A stretch of DNA of 64,000 nt from Haliotis cracherodii (GCF_022045235.1 NW_027266286.1:47430001-47494000), one strand, 5' to 3'; counted from the first letter of the stretch, positions 14,426 to 25,283 are shown. Notes: generated from the letters alone by a model not told the origin. Numbers and translations: made by a program.

Positions 14426-14690
14426 GACCCGTGAAGATCTTGGGTAGAATAGGTCTTCAGCAACCCATGCTTGCCATGAAAGGCGACTATGCTTGTCGTA
14501 AAAGGTGACTAACAGGATCGGGTGGTCTGGCTCACTGACTTGGTTGATGCATGTCATCGTATCCCAGTTGCGTGGATCGATGCTCATGATATCAATCACT
14601 GGATTGTCTGGTCCAAACTCGATTATTTACAGACCGCCGCATATACCTGGAATATTGCTGATTGCGGCATTAAACAACAAACCAACCAAC
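14426..14690 (+). mobile_element. Family 1 retroposon, full length
   Basis: Starts gacccgtgaag; TSD cattaccaagtg..cttgt on both sides. Confidence 0.92.
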
Positions 14691-14844
14691 CATTACCAAG
14701 TGCTTGTCATAATGGCTGATTCATTGAAAGAGAATTGGATGATCAGACTGTGTAACCTTGCTGCCTATGGTTTTCTTGATTGTTTCCTTGCCACCTGGAT
14801 AATATAGCTGACTGTGGCGTAAAACAACATTTGTTTAGCCCTTA

Positions 14845-15048
14845 TGACCCCGGGGGGAGATTCCAGATTAGAATGGGTTCCCATCCACTGACGCTGGAGG
14901 TAAGCGACGACTTACGGTCAGGCTTGAGAACTAGGTTGAATCATGCCGTGCCATGTGGGTCATGGTTCCTAATATCACTGGACTAATTGTTCCCGACTTT
15001 ACAGGCCAACTTCAAATAGCTAGAATATGTCTTTGTGCAGCATTGAAA
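14845..15048 (+). mobile_element. Highly diverged family 1 relative
   Basis: Colinear remnants: gacccc, ttagaat, cgactta, ggtcaggct, atcactgga, atagctagaatat. Confidence 0.5.
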
Positions 15049-15116
15049 AGGGGGGAAAGAAATTATTAACAGAATTTTACGTTAATATACAGAATAATAA
15101 ACAGATAAACAAATAA

Positions 15117-15444
15117 GGGTCTATCTATACTGAGCGTCCGCCCAGAGAGCGGAAGGTTCGGGTTTCGATCCCCGGCTGCGTCGTATCAAAAGATGTTAAA
15201 AGATGGTACTTGTTGTTACCCTGTCTGGCGCTCGGCATAAAGGGGCTAAAACAAGGACTGGTCGGCTCGGAGTAAGTCTGCTGTTTCTGAGTGGGTTATT
15301 CATATTAAACTGGCATGGTATCTCAGTGAGCTAGCACTATAAATCGGCATTAGTTCGGACTAGTACAAGCAGCCACGTGCATGCACATCATTATATAAGT
15401 GCAATAATCTTGGATGTGAAATTAAACCCAATTTCACCACACCT
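15117..15444 (+). mobile_element. Family 3 SINE: tRNA-derived head plus probable V-domain-type central region
   Basis: B box tttcgatcccc; core gtcgtatcaaaagatgttaaaagatggtacttg..actggtcggctcgg..cagtgagctagcactataaa. V-domain assignment is from memory of V-SINE consensus; second copy at 37500. Confidence 0.7.
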
Positions 15445-15571
15445 CACTGAACAATAATATTTAGGGATCATGAATATTTTTGGCAATATTTTGTTATAGT
15501 TAAGACTGAAAACACAATTTCACAAAAATGCCCCTAAAATATTCATAATCCCTAACTGTTTTTTTTCAGTG
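15445..15571. mobile_element. 127-bp MITE with CACTG..CAGTG termini
   Basis: ~40-bp imperfect TIRs (cactgaa..ttagggatcatgaatatttt / aaaatattcataatccctaa..ttcagtg). Confidence 0.75.
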
Positions 15572-16074
15572 TATAAGTAAACTATTATTAGCTGTATTAA
15601 AGTTGATATGGCTAAAGTATGAGACTGCTATTAGAAGCATTAATCTTATATTCCTAATGATCCATTCCTCCCAGATAGTACCAAATTACCTAAATTGGAT
15701 AACTTCCTATGAAAATAATAATAAGTTTCTTTCCTCTTAGTGTTTGTGGAATGATTGCAGCACTCTATGCCTTATAAAGAGGAGGCTGTGGTATGTGATG
15801 GGGAATTGACAAGGCAGTTAGACTATGAGTAAGGCTGCAGGAATGACACTTAATTGTCACATATTCATTGAAAGTGACATCTTGTACCAGCTCATATCCT
15901 GTGGGTGTTTTTTATGTTATAGCATTACTCTCCCCGGCTGGCTACTGACATACTGGTTAATAAGCATGGGCAATGAACTGTGTCAAGTTTACAATGATTT
16001 AATGCTACACATTCCTGATTGTTTTTAGAGCTTTTTTATAGTGAGTGCACTCTGTGATGCCCCATGGCAAATAG

Positions 16075-16243
16075 TGAGTGAGTGAGTGAGTATGGTTTTA
16101 CGCCGCTTTTAGCAATATACCAGCAATATCACGGCGGGGGACACCAGAAATGGGCTTCACACATTGTACCCATGTCGGGAATTGAACCCGGGTCTTCGGC
16201 GTGACGAGCGAACGCTTTAACCACTAGGCTACCCGACCGCTCC
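16075..16243 (-). mobile_element. Family 2 SINE
   Basis: Direct repeat ccccatggcaaatag at 16060-16074 and 16242-16256; (GAGT)n tail. Confidence 0.93.
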
Positions 16244-17613
16244 CCATGGCAAATAGGGCAGTTCAGTATTATAAAACATTGATTGCTATTTATTATCCAA
16301 ATGCCTAATTATTTTATTTAATAAATGATGACTTAATTGGCCGAATAAGATCTTTCTTTTATTCATGAGCATTTTGCTCATGTGTTTTTTGGTTTTTTTA
16401 AGTACCGGTAGTTTTTGTGCATGGAAAGGATGGAAGCATGATGCATTTCAACTGAAATGTTTGAAAGTATTTAAATGACAGTGACCAGTTATTTTGTGTA
16501 CATCACAAAGAGGAATAGAATTAAATGGAAAAATAGAGAAAGTTGTTTCATTTCACTAATTTTTGTCTCTTCCAGTTTACATCTTTGAAATGAATCAGTT
16601 ATATTTTTCACTTGCCTCCACACATCAACAACATATTGACAACTTTCTATAACAAGTTAGTTCTCACTGAAGGCACCAGGAACACCTATCACACCAGTAA
16701 CTTTTGATAATGAATTGTTATTACCCCAGATTAATTATTTATTTAACATGTTTACAAAGCACAAAGATTACTTTCGAAATGTTTGTGTGTAATTTATCTC
16801 TATCTTGTGGCCCTCCAACTTACACTCAGGTTTTTCAACATGAGAAAAATGTCATGGCATTCGTATCAACTTCAAGCATTATGCCATCAGGATTTCTTTC
16901 CATTTTGCCTGGGTTTCACACAAGACAATGATTAGCCAATAAGATGGCAGGACCTTTTTCGACAACAGGTTCAGGATAATCTAAGAAATGAGCAAAACTT
17001 GTATAGATTGATATGAAAGTTATCAGATGTGTTTGAAAGAGAATAAAACTTTGTTCATACCAACAACTGCATTTATGGCGCTTATGACAAAACTAAATCC
17101 ATAGGTGAGGTACCTAAATTGTCAAAAAGGTTGATTTTAGGGGTTTTCAGGGAGAGTTTTTCTCATTGAACATGAGCAAGTCCTTGATTTTTTTATTTTC
17201 TTCCAGATCAAAGCAGTGCAAACATTGGGTATAACATTCATCCTGAGTCTAAGAGTTGCCCATTGTTAGAATATCTCTTGAAGTTTGACAAAACATCCAA
17301 TTTCACATATTTTAGCAATATTTGTGTCTGAAGTCCAAACATTGCTTGTGTTTGAAAGAAAACAGGTGACATATCAACCACTTGAACCTGACTGATCAGT
17401 TTCACAGCAGTTTCAAACAGCAATGTTATAAAATGAATCTGTGTTTTTGAGTGTTCTATATGTACAGTCTTTACAGTATTTCTCCAGGTTTACGGATTAA
17501 GAGGGTCATGTCTAACAAGGATTACATGTACCCCGGTACATATAATTTCCATGTTCAAGTTGTGAATGTGATCGTTGTTTCTGTACTGCTATTGTCTCCC
17601 CTCATATTAACAG

Positions 17614-17742
17614 GACACACATCCACGCTGTATCTGCAGCATCTGCGACTTCATGGCTGAGCACGCCTACATCATAAAACGACACATGATGCGACATAAT
17701 GCTCAAGGCTGCACCTGCGATCTCTGTGGCAAGGTCTACAAG
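17614..17742 (+). CDS. Zinc-finger gene coding exon B: DTHPRCICSICDFMAEHAYIIKRHMMRHNAQGCTCDLCGKVYK
   Basis: Acceptor ttaacag, donor gtgaga; completes finger 2 (HFR|DTH), contains finger 3 and the start of finger 4. Confidence 0.92.
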
Positions 17743-18056
17743 GTGAGATAACTCTCATAATATATTAAGGGGAAATAACCATCATAATATATAAAGGGGA
17801 GATACCCGTCATGATATATAAGGGGGAGATAACTCTAATATTATATAGAGGGGAGATAACTCTAATAATATATAAAAGAGAGTTAACTACAATAATATAT
17901 TAAGGGGAAATAACCATCATAATATTATACAGGGGAAATACCCGTCATAATATGTAAAAGGGAGATAACTCTAATATTATATAAAGGGGAGATAACTCTA
18001 ATAATGTATAAAGGGGAGATAACTATCATGATATATTAAGGGGAGATAACTCTCAA
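17740..18056. repeat. Degenerate minisatellite, ~27-bp unit x~12, overlapping the exon B donor
   Basis: aaggggagataactctaataatatat units. Confidence 0.88.
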
Positions 18057-18631
18057 AATACAACCAGATTAGATGATGATTAGATCACACTCAAGATATG
18101 TCCACACTCTGTTCTGTGGTTGTGAAGAAGTGGTGTACTCCCACTCAACCATCATTTTTGTGGAAATAGTTCCTTTTATTCGTCAACGAAGGGAAGGTTT
18201 TGGTCAGTCCCATCCAACAGCTTGGAGTCTTGACTTGGATAACAAGTGTCATTGCCCAGGGCTTTGATCAAGGGAACGTATCATAACTTCACCATCTATT
18301 TTCACAAGAAGGAATTGAGATATAGTATTAGCATAGATTCTGACCACTTATGACCTGACCCCCAAGCTGATTGACAGAGATTGATGATAGAGACAGGCAC
18401 AGGTATGATACTGTCAGCTTCACCTGTCAATATGGTCGTTACTCTCACAGGTATTTCATTATCTGGGCATCAGTCCAGCAGCTAAAACAAGTGTTTGACT
18501 GTCACATGGCAGCTGGAACATTTCACAGATTCCAGACACAGTGTCCTCACATAAACCAGGGGCAAACAATTCAGGTGACAAAATTAATAAATCGATATAT
18601 TTTGTAACGATAATGTTCACGATTTTGCACT

Positions 18632-18836
18632 TGGGACGCAGTGTCAGAATAGGTCCATGCCTTGTCATTAAGACTCAGTTAGAACTATGTGGTTACTGTG
18701 CGTGATCTGGGCATGTGTCTGCCCTTGTACTATGGTTCTTTCTTCATGCTATCAAACACAGGTTTGCCTGGCCCAGGGCACTCTGAGTGATATGCTGGCA
18801 TATTGCTGACAGACATAAAATAACATTCACTCACCA
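18632..18836 (+). mobile_element. Highly diverged family 1 relative
   Basis: Remnants agaataggtcc, atgctatcaa, gctggcatattgctgac, cactcac tail. Confidence 0.45.
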
Positions 18837-19146
18837 ACTCAATGAAAGGTGACAACTTGAAGATTTTGATGGTGATTTGTCTCTAGGAAAACATACAGAT
18901 GTTGTTTACATTAGATGAAAATTGTACTGAACTATTTGTTATACTTCCTCAAAGTTTATTGTTTTTTCAATAAACTTGATCTCTAGGATGATTGAAAAAA
19001 GAGTGAAGTCACCATACAGGTTACTGTAGAACATCATCCTATCATTGTCAGCTTCTAGGTCAGTGCTACCGTATATTATCTGAATCTTTGTTCGCTCACT
19101 CACTCACTCGTTCACTCACTCACTCACTCACTCACTCACTCACTCA

Positions 19147-19394
19147 CAGGCGACTATGCTTGTCGTAAGAGGCGACTAACAGGATCGGGTGGTCAGGCTC
19201 GCTGACTTGGTTCATGCATGTCAACGATCCATATTGCATAGATCGATGGTCATGTTGTCAATCACTGGATTGTCTGGTTCAGACTCGATTACTAACAGAC
19301 AGCCATCATATAGCTGGAATATTGCTGAGTGCGGCGTTAAACAACAAACAAACAAATCACTCACTCACTCACTCACTCACTCACTCACTCACTC
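19147..19394 (+). mobile_element. Family 1 retroposon, 5'-truncated, embedded between (ACTC)n tracts, ending ~40 bp upstream of exon C
   Basis: Sequence match to family 1; (ACTC)n at 19095-19146 and 19357-19394. Confidence 0.88.
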
Positions 19395-19434
19395 TGTCAG
19401 AGATTTCATCACTTGTATCCTTTCCATGTTTCAG

Positions 19435-19601
19435 GATCAGTACATTCTGAAGATGCATATCAAGATGGTTCATATGCCGGCAGAGGTGTTGTTTGAATGC
19501 ACAGTATGCTCAAAGAAGTTTACAAGGAAAGCTCACCTCAAACGCCACTTACGTATACACGACCCTGAAAAGCCTTTCAAGTGTCCCCATTGCGAATATA
19601 G
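19435..19601 (+). CDS. Zinc-finger gene coding exon C: DQYILKMHIKMVHMPAEVLFECTVCSKKFTRKAHLKRHLRIHDPEKPFKCPHCEY(R)
   Basis: Acceptor tttcag, donor gtcagt; canonical finger with HDPEKPF linker; overlaps track ORF 19189..19641. Confidence 0.95.
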
Positions 19602-19759
19602 GTCAGTAACTTCAGATGCTGACTCAGCATTTAATGACTGATAACTATCATATGATTATCCATGTGTCAGCACATTAATTAAATGCCAGTGTAAATCCTG
19701 TCTGTCCCCTGTCACCAGTCTGGTCAGAGAAGGTCATCAGTACCCCCCTCTTGTTCCCT

Positions 19760-20705
19760 GTGTGGACAATATAGGTCCCCAGTACCCCACACATGTATCC
19801 CATGTGGATTCCAGGACAGTATTGGTCCCAAGTACCCCTGACATGTGTCCTATGTGGATTCCAGGACAGTATTGGTCCCCAATACCCGAGACCTGTATCA
19901 TATGTGGATTCCAGGACAGTATAGGTCCCCAATACCCCTGACATGTGTCCTATGTGGATTCCAGGACAATATAGGTCACCAATACCCCTGACATGTGTCC
20001 CATGTGGATTCCAGGACAGTATTGGTCCCCTGTACCAGAGACCTGTATCATATGTGGATTCCTGGACAGTATAGGTCCCCAATACCCCTGACATGTCTCC
20101 TATGTGGATTCCAGGAAAATATAGGTCAACAGTACCCGAGACCTGTGTCCCATGTGGATTCCAGGAAAATATAGGTCCCCAACACGCGAGACCTGTGTCC
20201 CTTGTGGATTCCAGGACAATATAGGTCCCCAATACCCCAGACCTGTGTCCCATGTGGATTCGGGGACAATATAGGTCCCCAATACCCCTGACATGTGTCC
20301 CATGTGGTTTCCAGGACAATATAGGTCCCCAATACCCCAGACCTGTGTCCCATGTGGATTCCTGGACAATATAGGTCCCCAATACCAGAGACCGGTGTCC
20401 CATGCGGATTCCAGGACAATATAGGTCCCCAATACCAGAGACCTGTATCCCACGTGGATTCCAGGACAATATAGGTCCCCTATACCCCAGAACTGTGTCC
20501 CATGTGGATTCGGGGACAATATAGGTCCTCAGTACCAGAGACCTGTGTCCCATGTGGATTCCAAGACAATATAGGTCCCCAATACCCGAGACCTATGTCC
20601 CATGTGGATTCCCGGACAATATAGGTCCCCAGTACCCCATACTTGCTTCCCATGTGGACAATATAGATTCCCAGTATACCTGTACTTGTCTCCATGTGGA
20701 GGTTC
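19760..20705. repeat. Minisatellite, 50-bp unit x~18
   Basis: ccatgtggattccaggacaatataggtccccaataccccagacctgtgtc. Confidence 0.96.
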
Positions 20706-21423
20706 CAGGAAAGACTAGTTCAATGTTTCATATATTCCATTAACGATTTAATACAATAGCATCAATAGGTACATCATTTTGTAAATAAATTAAAACCAAA
20801 ATCCATATTCACAAACTGTAGATATTCTCTTTTGGTTACAACAATCCTTTAAATCACTAAGACCTGCCTTTGATAAGACATGTATTATGAATGTGTTGTA
20901 ATCCCAGCAAAGGCTTCACATACCAAGGTCATAAAGATGACTGAGTTTGCCATTTGTGATTAGAGAGAGTACAATTAATTGAGTATGTACAGACACAAAA
21001 AGTACCTCTTTGACAGCTCAAACTGCCTGAGTCATACATGATTGATGGCCGGGCCTAGGGTTAGAATTCTTTTCATTACACCGTTACTAATAAAGGCAAC
21101 ACAAAGCCCATATACAACTGTCACCCATCATTGAATAAAAAGAGCTCATCATTTGACATTCAATTTACAATTGTCATCTGGCGATTGTTGCACTCATTGA
21201 GGTCTTAGTCAGAATATCTGCTGTTGTCAGTGTTGGACGTTAAAGAAGGGCCCTGGGGTCCTTGAGGTTTTCTGCTGAGTCTAGAGACCCTCTAACTTGT
21301 GATGTTTTATATATAAGGTTGTGATAATGATCCCTTTGCTTTCATGCATAATTTGCAAGACTATCTTACGATTCCAAATTTGATTTTACTGTTGCTGACC
21401 TGCCAAGTGTGGTATCAATAATT

Positions 21424-21875
21424 GACTTGTCGTAAGAGGATCGGGTGGTCAGACTCGCTGACTTGGTTGATGCATGTCATCGTATCCCAATTGCATGGAT
21501 CGATTCGCTGTGAAGGGTTGCGTCCCTTGGGCACGCCAGAAACCTATGATTGTGGGTTCGAATCCCGGTTCGCCCTGATTATGTTTCTAGGTTTGTCAGC
21601 ACCATACCCGTGCTCGTGGGTTTCACCGAAGTGGTAAACGTCTAAGACCTGCATCACTTCGGGCTTTCCTCGCACATTAAGCTGACAAGCCGTGATATAA
21701 CTGGAATACTGTTTAAAGCGTGCTAAACCCAGCTCACTCACTCACTCAATTGCATGGATCACTGCTCATTATATCAATCACTGGATTGTCTGGTCCAGAC
21801 TTGATTTTTTTACAAACCACCTTCATTTTGCTGGAAAGTTGCTGAGTGCAGCGTTAAACAACAAAGAAACAAACA
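21424..21875 (+). mobile_element. Family 1 retroposon, 5'-truncated, interrupted by a family 4 SINE
   Basis: The two halves join seamlessly when 21502-21760 is removed. Confidence 0.85.
21502..21746 (+). mobile_element. Family 4 SINE (tRNA-like B box), nested insertion
   Basis: 14-bp TSD caattgcatggatc (21488-21501, 21747-21760); B box gggttcgaatccc; (ACTC)n tail; second copy at 26063-26300. Confidence 0.88.
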
Positions 21876-21924
21876 TAAATAATTGATGTGTTGGGATTGG
21901 GAGGCCTCAGGTGCAGCCTGTAGG

Positions 21925-22186
21925 GAGGGGTGGGTTGGTTTGGTTTCAGTTGGGATTGGTTGGTTGGTTGGTTTGGTGTTCGGTTAGCTTGTATTGGGTA
22001 GGGATGGTTGGTTGAGAGTTGGGTTATTTGGTTAAAGATGGATATGGTTTGTTTGTAAAGAGTTTGCTTGGCTTGTGGTGGGGTCGGTTGGTTTGTGGTT
22101 GGGTTGGTTGGATGGTTTGTGGGGATTTAATTGGTTGAAGGTGGGGTTGTTGAGGGAGGAGACGGTTGGATGAGGATGGTTGGTTA
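21925..22186. repeat. GGTT-rich low-complexity tract
   Basis: Degenerate (GGTT)n. Confidence 0.75.
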
Positions 22187-22893
22187 ATTCTTCATTTGCT
22201 GATCAAAATCATCTTGTATTTCTAATGTGTTAAATTGTAGTCTCAAGCAAAACTCTCCATGTTATTTTCTGTTCTGGTGGTCTGATATTCTGTTCCTTAT
22301 TGCTCGTTTGGTTGTCAAATTCTTTCCTGCTGCTCTGTACAGTCAGGTTCTTACCATGATGTTTAAGACACATATGCTGAATTCATTCATGAAACACAAA
22401 TGTTATGAATATTCATGTCTAACCTCACAAGGTAGCAGAAGCTCTAAATCATATTTCAAACGATACTGCGCATAACTGTGACATAAACGAGTGGATAGGC
22501 TTGTCACTTTTATCACTGAGTTGAAAGAAAGAAATTTTATTTTGCTTGAAATTACTGTAAATTTTTCATGCTTTTTTTCAAACTTAACTATTACTTTAAG
22601 CCTTTGAATGATAAATGTATTCATTTGAATTTGTTCATTCACAATATGTATATTTAGTGAATGTCTCGGTGAGCGTCTGAAATTTATCAAAATGAAAGTT
22701 CATGTGAAGGTCATAACTCTTTCATGCATATAGGCCATATTAATTTCAGACCCAATCTCAGTTTGTTTTGTTACTTTTGAGGATGAAGCGTTCAAGCTGT
22801 GTCAAAGTTACTGTAACTTTTGTTTGCATATTCGTCTTAACCCTTTTTGTTTTTTACCTTCAACCCAAATCTTGCAAATACTGAAGTAAACTT

Positions 22894-23053
22894 GGGGCGG
22901 TCACGTAGCCTAGTGGTTAAAGTGTTCGCTCGTCACGCCGAAGACCCGGGTTCGATTCCCGACATGGGTACAATGTGTGAAGCCCATTTCCGGTGTCCCC
23001 CGCCGTGATATTGCTGGAATATTGCTAAAAGCGGCATAAAACCATACTCACTC
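22894..23053 (+). mobile_element. Family 2 SINE
   Basis: 14-bp TSD actgaagtaaactt (22880-22893, 23054-23067). Confidence 0.94.
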
Positions 23054-23204
23054 ACTGAAGTAAACTTCAGATGAGCTAGAGAGCCTTGTGCTCCATGTTT
23101 GAGATTAACTTTCTATACTACTCAACGTTTGATAAGGATAATTAGATATGTCATTCTGCTTAAATATACACTTGACACATATCAGTTTCGTGTGTCATGG
23201 AAAG

Positions 23205-23624
23205 TAGGGCTGGGACGAGTCCAAATTTACTACCCGAGTACCCACCCCCCTATTACCCGACCCTACCCAGGTACCCACCGTAGGTCTTAGGAGAGATCTC
23301 AAAATGTCTGATTGGGAACATTTTTAGCAAAGCCCTGGCAAAACGTATTTAGATACATGTATTAAACAATCTGGTCATTCATACACTGAAGTTGAATGAA
23401 GTTCTATCTTTATTCAACTATATGAAAAGTCAGAAGGAATGGGTGCATAGTCAGAAAGAAATGTGAGAATTAGTGACTTGTAGTGTAACCATAGAGTTCT
23501 AGATAATGTTTGTCATTAAACAATATATCACGTGACTAACCGTGGGTCCGGGTTGTCCTGTGGGTACCCGGGTTTTACTCAGTACCCACCCGACCTGGTA
23601 CACGAGTTATCCGTCCCAGCCCTA
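23205..23624. mobile_element. 420-bp non-autonomous hAT-type element
   Basis: 13-bp perfect TIR TAGGGCTGGGACG; 8-bp TSD atggaaag/atggaaat (7/8 match); subterminal ACCCG repeats. Confidence 0.88.
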
Positions 23625-23754
23625 ATGGAAATATAAACAGATATCCCTATCAAATGTAGAGAAGTTAATGTGTATCTCGGGGAAATTTTTCTGACAAATG
23701 ATTGGTTGAGATTGAATCCCAGGGTCACTCATTACGAAATACCCCCTTGTGCAT

Positions 23755-24540
23755 TCTGGTATAGAATAGAGGTCCGTAGCAATCTTTGCTTGTCTTTAGC
23801 GGCAACTAAATTGATCAGGTGGTCAGGCTCAGTGACCTGCATGGCTGATGGCATGTTGTCATACCCTGATGGCATGGATGTTGCTCATGCTATCAATCAC
23901 TAACTTGTCTAGACTGGTCACAATTGTTCACTGGCAGACTTGAAATAGTGCTGACAGGTGGTCAGACTCAGTGACCTGCATGGCTGATGGCATGTCGTCA
24001 TACCCTGATGGCATGGATGTTGCTCATGCTATCAATAACTTGCTTGTCTAGACTGGTCACAATTGTTCACTGGCAGACTTGATATAGTGCTGACAGGTGG
24101 TCAGGCTCAGTGACCTGCATGGCTGATTGCATGTCGTCAAACCCTGATGGCATGGATGTTGCTCATGCTATCAATCACTAACTTGTCTAGACTGGTCACA
24201 ATTGTTCACTGGCAGACTTGAAATAGTGCTGACAGGTGGTCAGGCTCAGTGACCTGCATGGCTGATGGCATGTCGTCATACCCTTATGGCATGGATGTTG
24301 CTCATGCTATCAATAACTTGCTTGTCTAGACTGGTCACAATTGTTCACTGGCAGACTTGATATAGTGCTGACAGGTGGTCAGGCTCAGTGACCTGCATGG
24401 CTGATTGCATGTCGTCATACCCTGGTGGCATGAATGTTGCTCATGCTATCAATCACTAACTTGTCTAGACTGGTCACAATTGTTCACTGGCAGACTTGAA
24501 ATAGTGCTGACTGTGGCATAAATCTACGAACAAACATCAA
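23755..24540 (+). mobile_element. Old family 1 retroposon whose 139-bp body is tandemly amplified five times
   Basis: Head remnant (tagaatag..agcaatc..tgcttgtc..ggcaactaa), five units at 23817/23956/24095/24234/24373, then tail gctgactgtggcataaa..acaaac. Confidence 0.85.
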
Positions 24541-24646
24541 ACTGCAAAAGTAACTTAGTAGTAGACCACAGCAAATAATTTTGTCTGAGGAATTATTACT
24601 TTACTGTGTACACTTTCTGATGACTGATTTTATGTGTTCTGTACCT

Positions 24647-25283
24647 AAGGCCACTTTTTATACCCCGACCTAAAAGGTCGGGGTATATAGTTATACCAAG
24701 GTTCTGTCCATCCCTCCGTCCGAAAACTTTGTCCATGCGATTTCTCTTAAACTATAGTAGTAGATTCATCTTAAACTTAGTACATATTATCTCTGTCATA
24801 TGGAGGGGTACAGTCAAAAGAAAAAAATTGTCTTTATTAATTTTCCATTTTTTTATGAATTTTTCAAACCCTAACCCTATCCATTATTTAATTTGAAACT
24901 ACTGACACACTTGGCGGGTCGGGGGTATTAGTGAGCCACGCTCACTTTTGCCCTTGTTTTATTTTATGTTACACCGATTTATTCCAGCTTTTTCACACAT
25001 GGTTGGTCGAAATAAAAATAAATATAAATAGCTATGTCAATTATTTATTTATTGATATGAAAGTCATTCCGTCGTGAAGTTAACACAGCAGGTGGCCTCA
25101 TGTATCACTGATAGTGATGTAGGTATGGAATTTATATAACAGATTACATTGTATACGAGGGTCTATATTACTAGTGGGAGACATAATATAAATAAATATA
25201 TCATGTTTAATTTTTTCATGACCAGCCGCTTTTCAGTAGGGGCGTCAGACCCATGAAGTGAAAAATAGAAAATGAGTGGCCTT
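24647..25283. mobile_element. Probable MITE with AAGGCCAC..GTGGCCTT termini, host of the Helentron
   Basis: 8-bp perfect terminal inversion followed by T-rich/A-rich subterminal arms; TSD not resolved. Confidence 0.5.
24655..24958 (+). mobile_element. Non-autonomous Helentron (DINE-1/HINE-like)
   Basis: 5' T-run then palindrome tataccccgacc-taaaa-ggtcggggtata; GTCC-type microsatellite; 3' subTIR ggtcgggggtatta; hairpin agtgagc-cac-gctcact; ends cttgttt; no TSD. Confidence 0.8.

Noticed and set aside
14426-14520. Canonical HDV-like ribozyme assignment for the family 1 head
   Set aside because: GACCCGU/AUAGGUC and GAUCC/GGAUC could mimic P1/P2, but only ~8 nt remain for P3-L3 and the P1.1 CC/GG pair is absent.
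16650-17110. Possible DNA-transposon (Crypton-like) remnant
   Set aside because: Impression only; no termini, second copy or coding remnant in the window.
19189-19434. N-terminal extension of exon C in the ORF track (SINE exonisation)
   Set aside because: It is SINE plus (ACTC)n read-through; the acceptor at 19433-19434 joins exon B to complete finger 4, and the upstream AG at 19399-19400 would frameshift.
19675-20695. 292-aa minus-strand ORF and neighbours
   Set aside because: 50-bp repeat; the same peptides cycle through all three frames.
22894-22968. Functional tRNA-Asp genes at family 2 heads
   Set aside because: Stems are imperfect, and each head is fused to a constant body and tail with TSDs, so these are SINEs.
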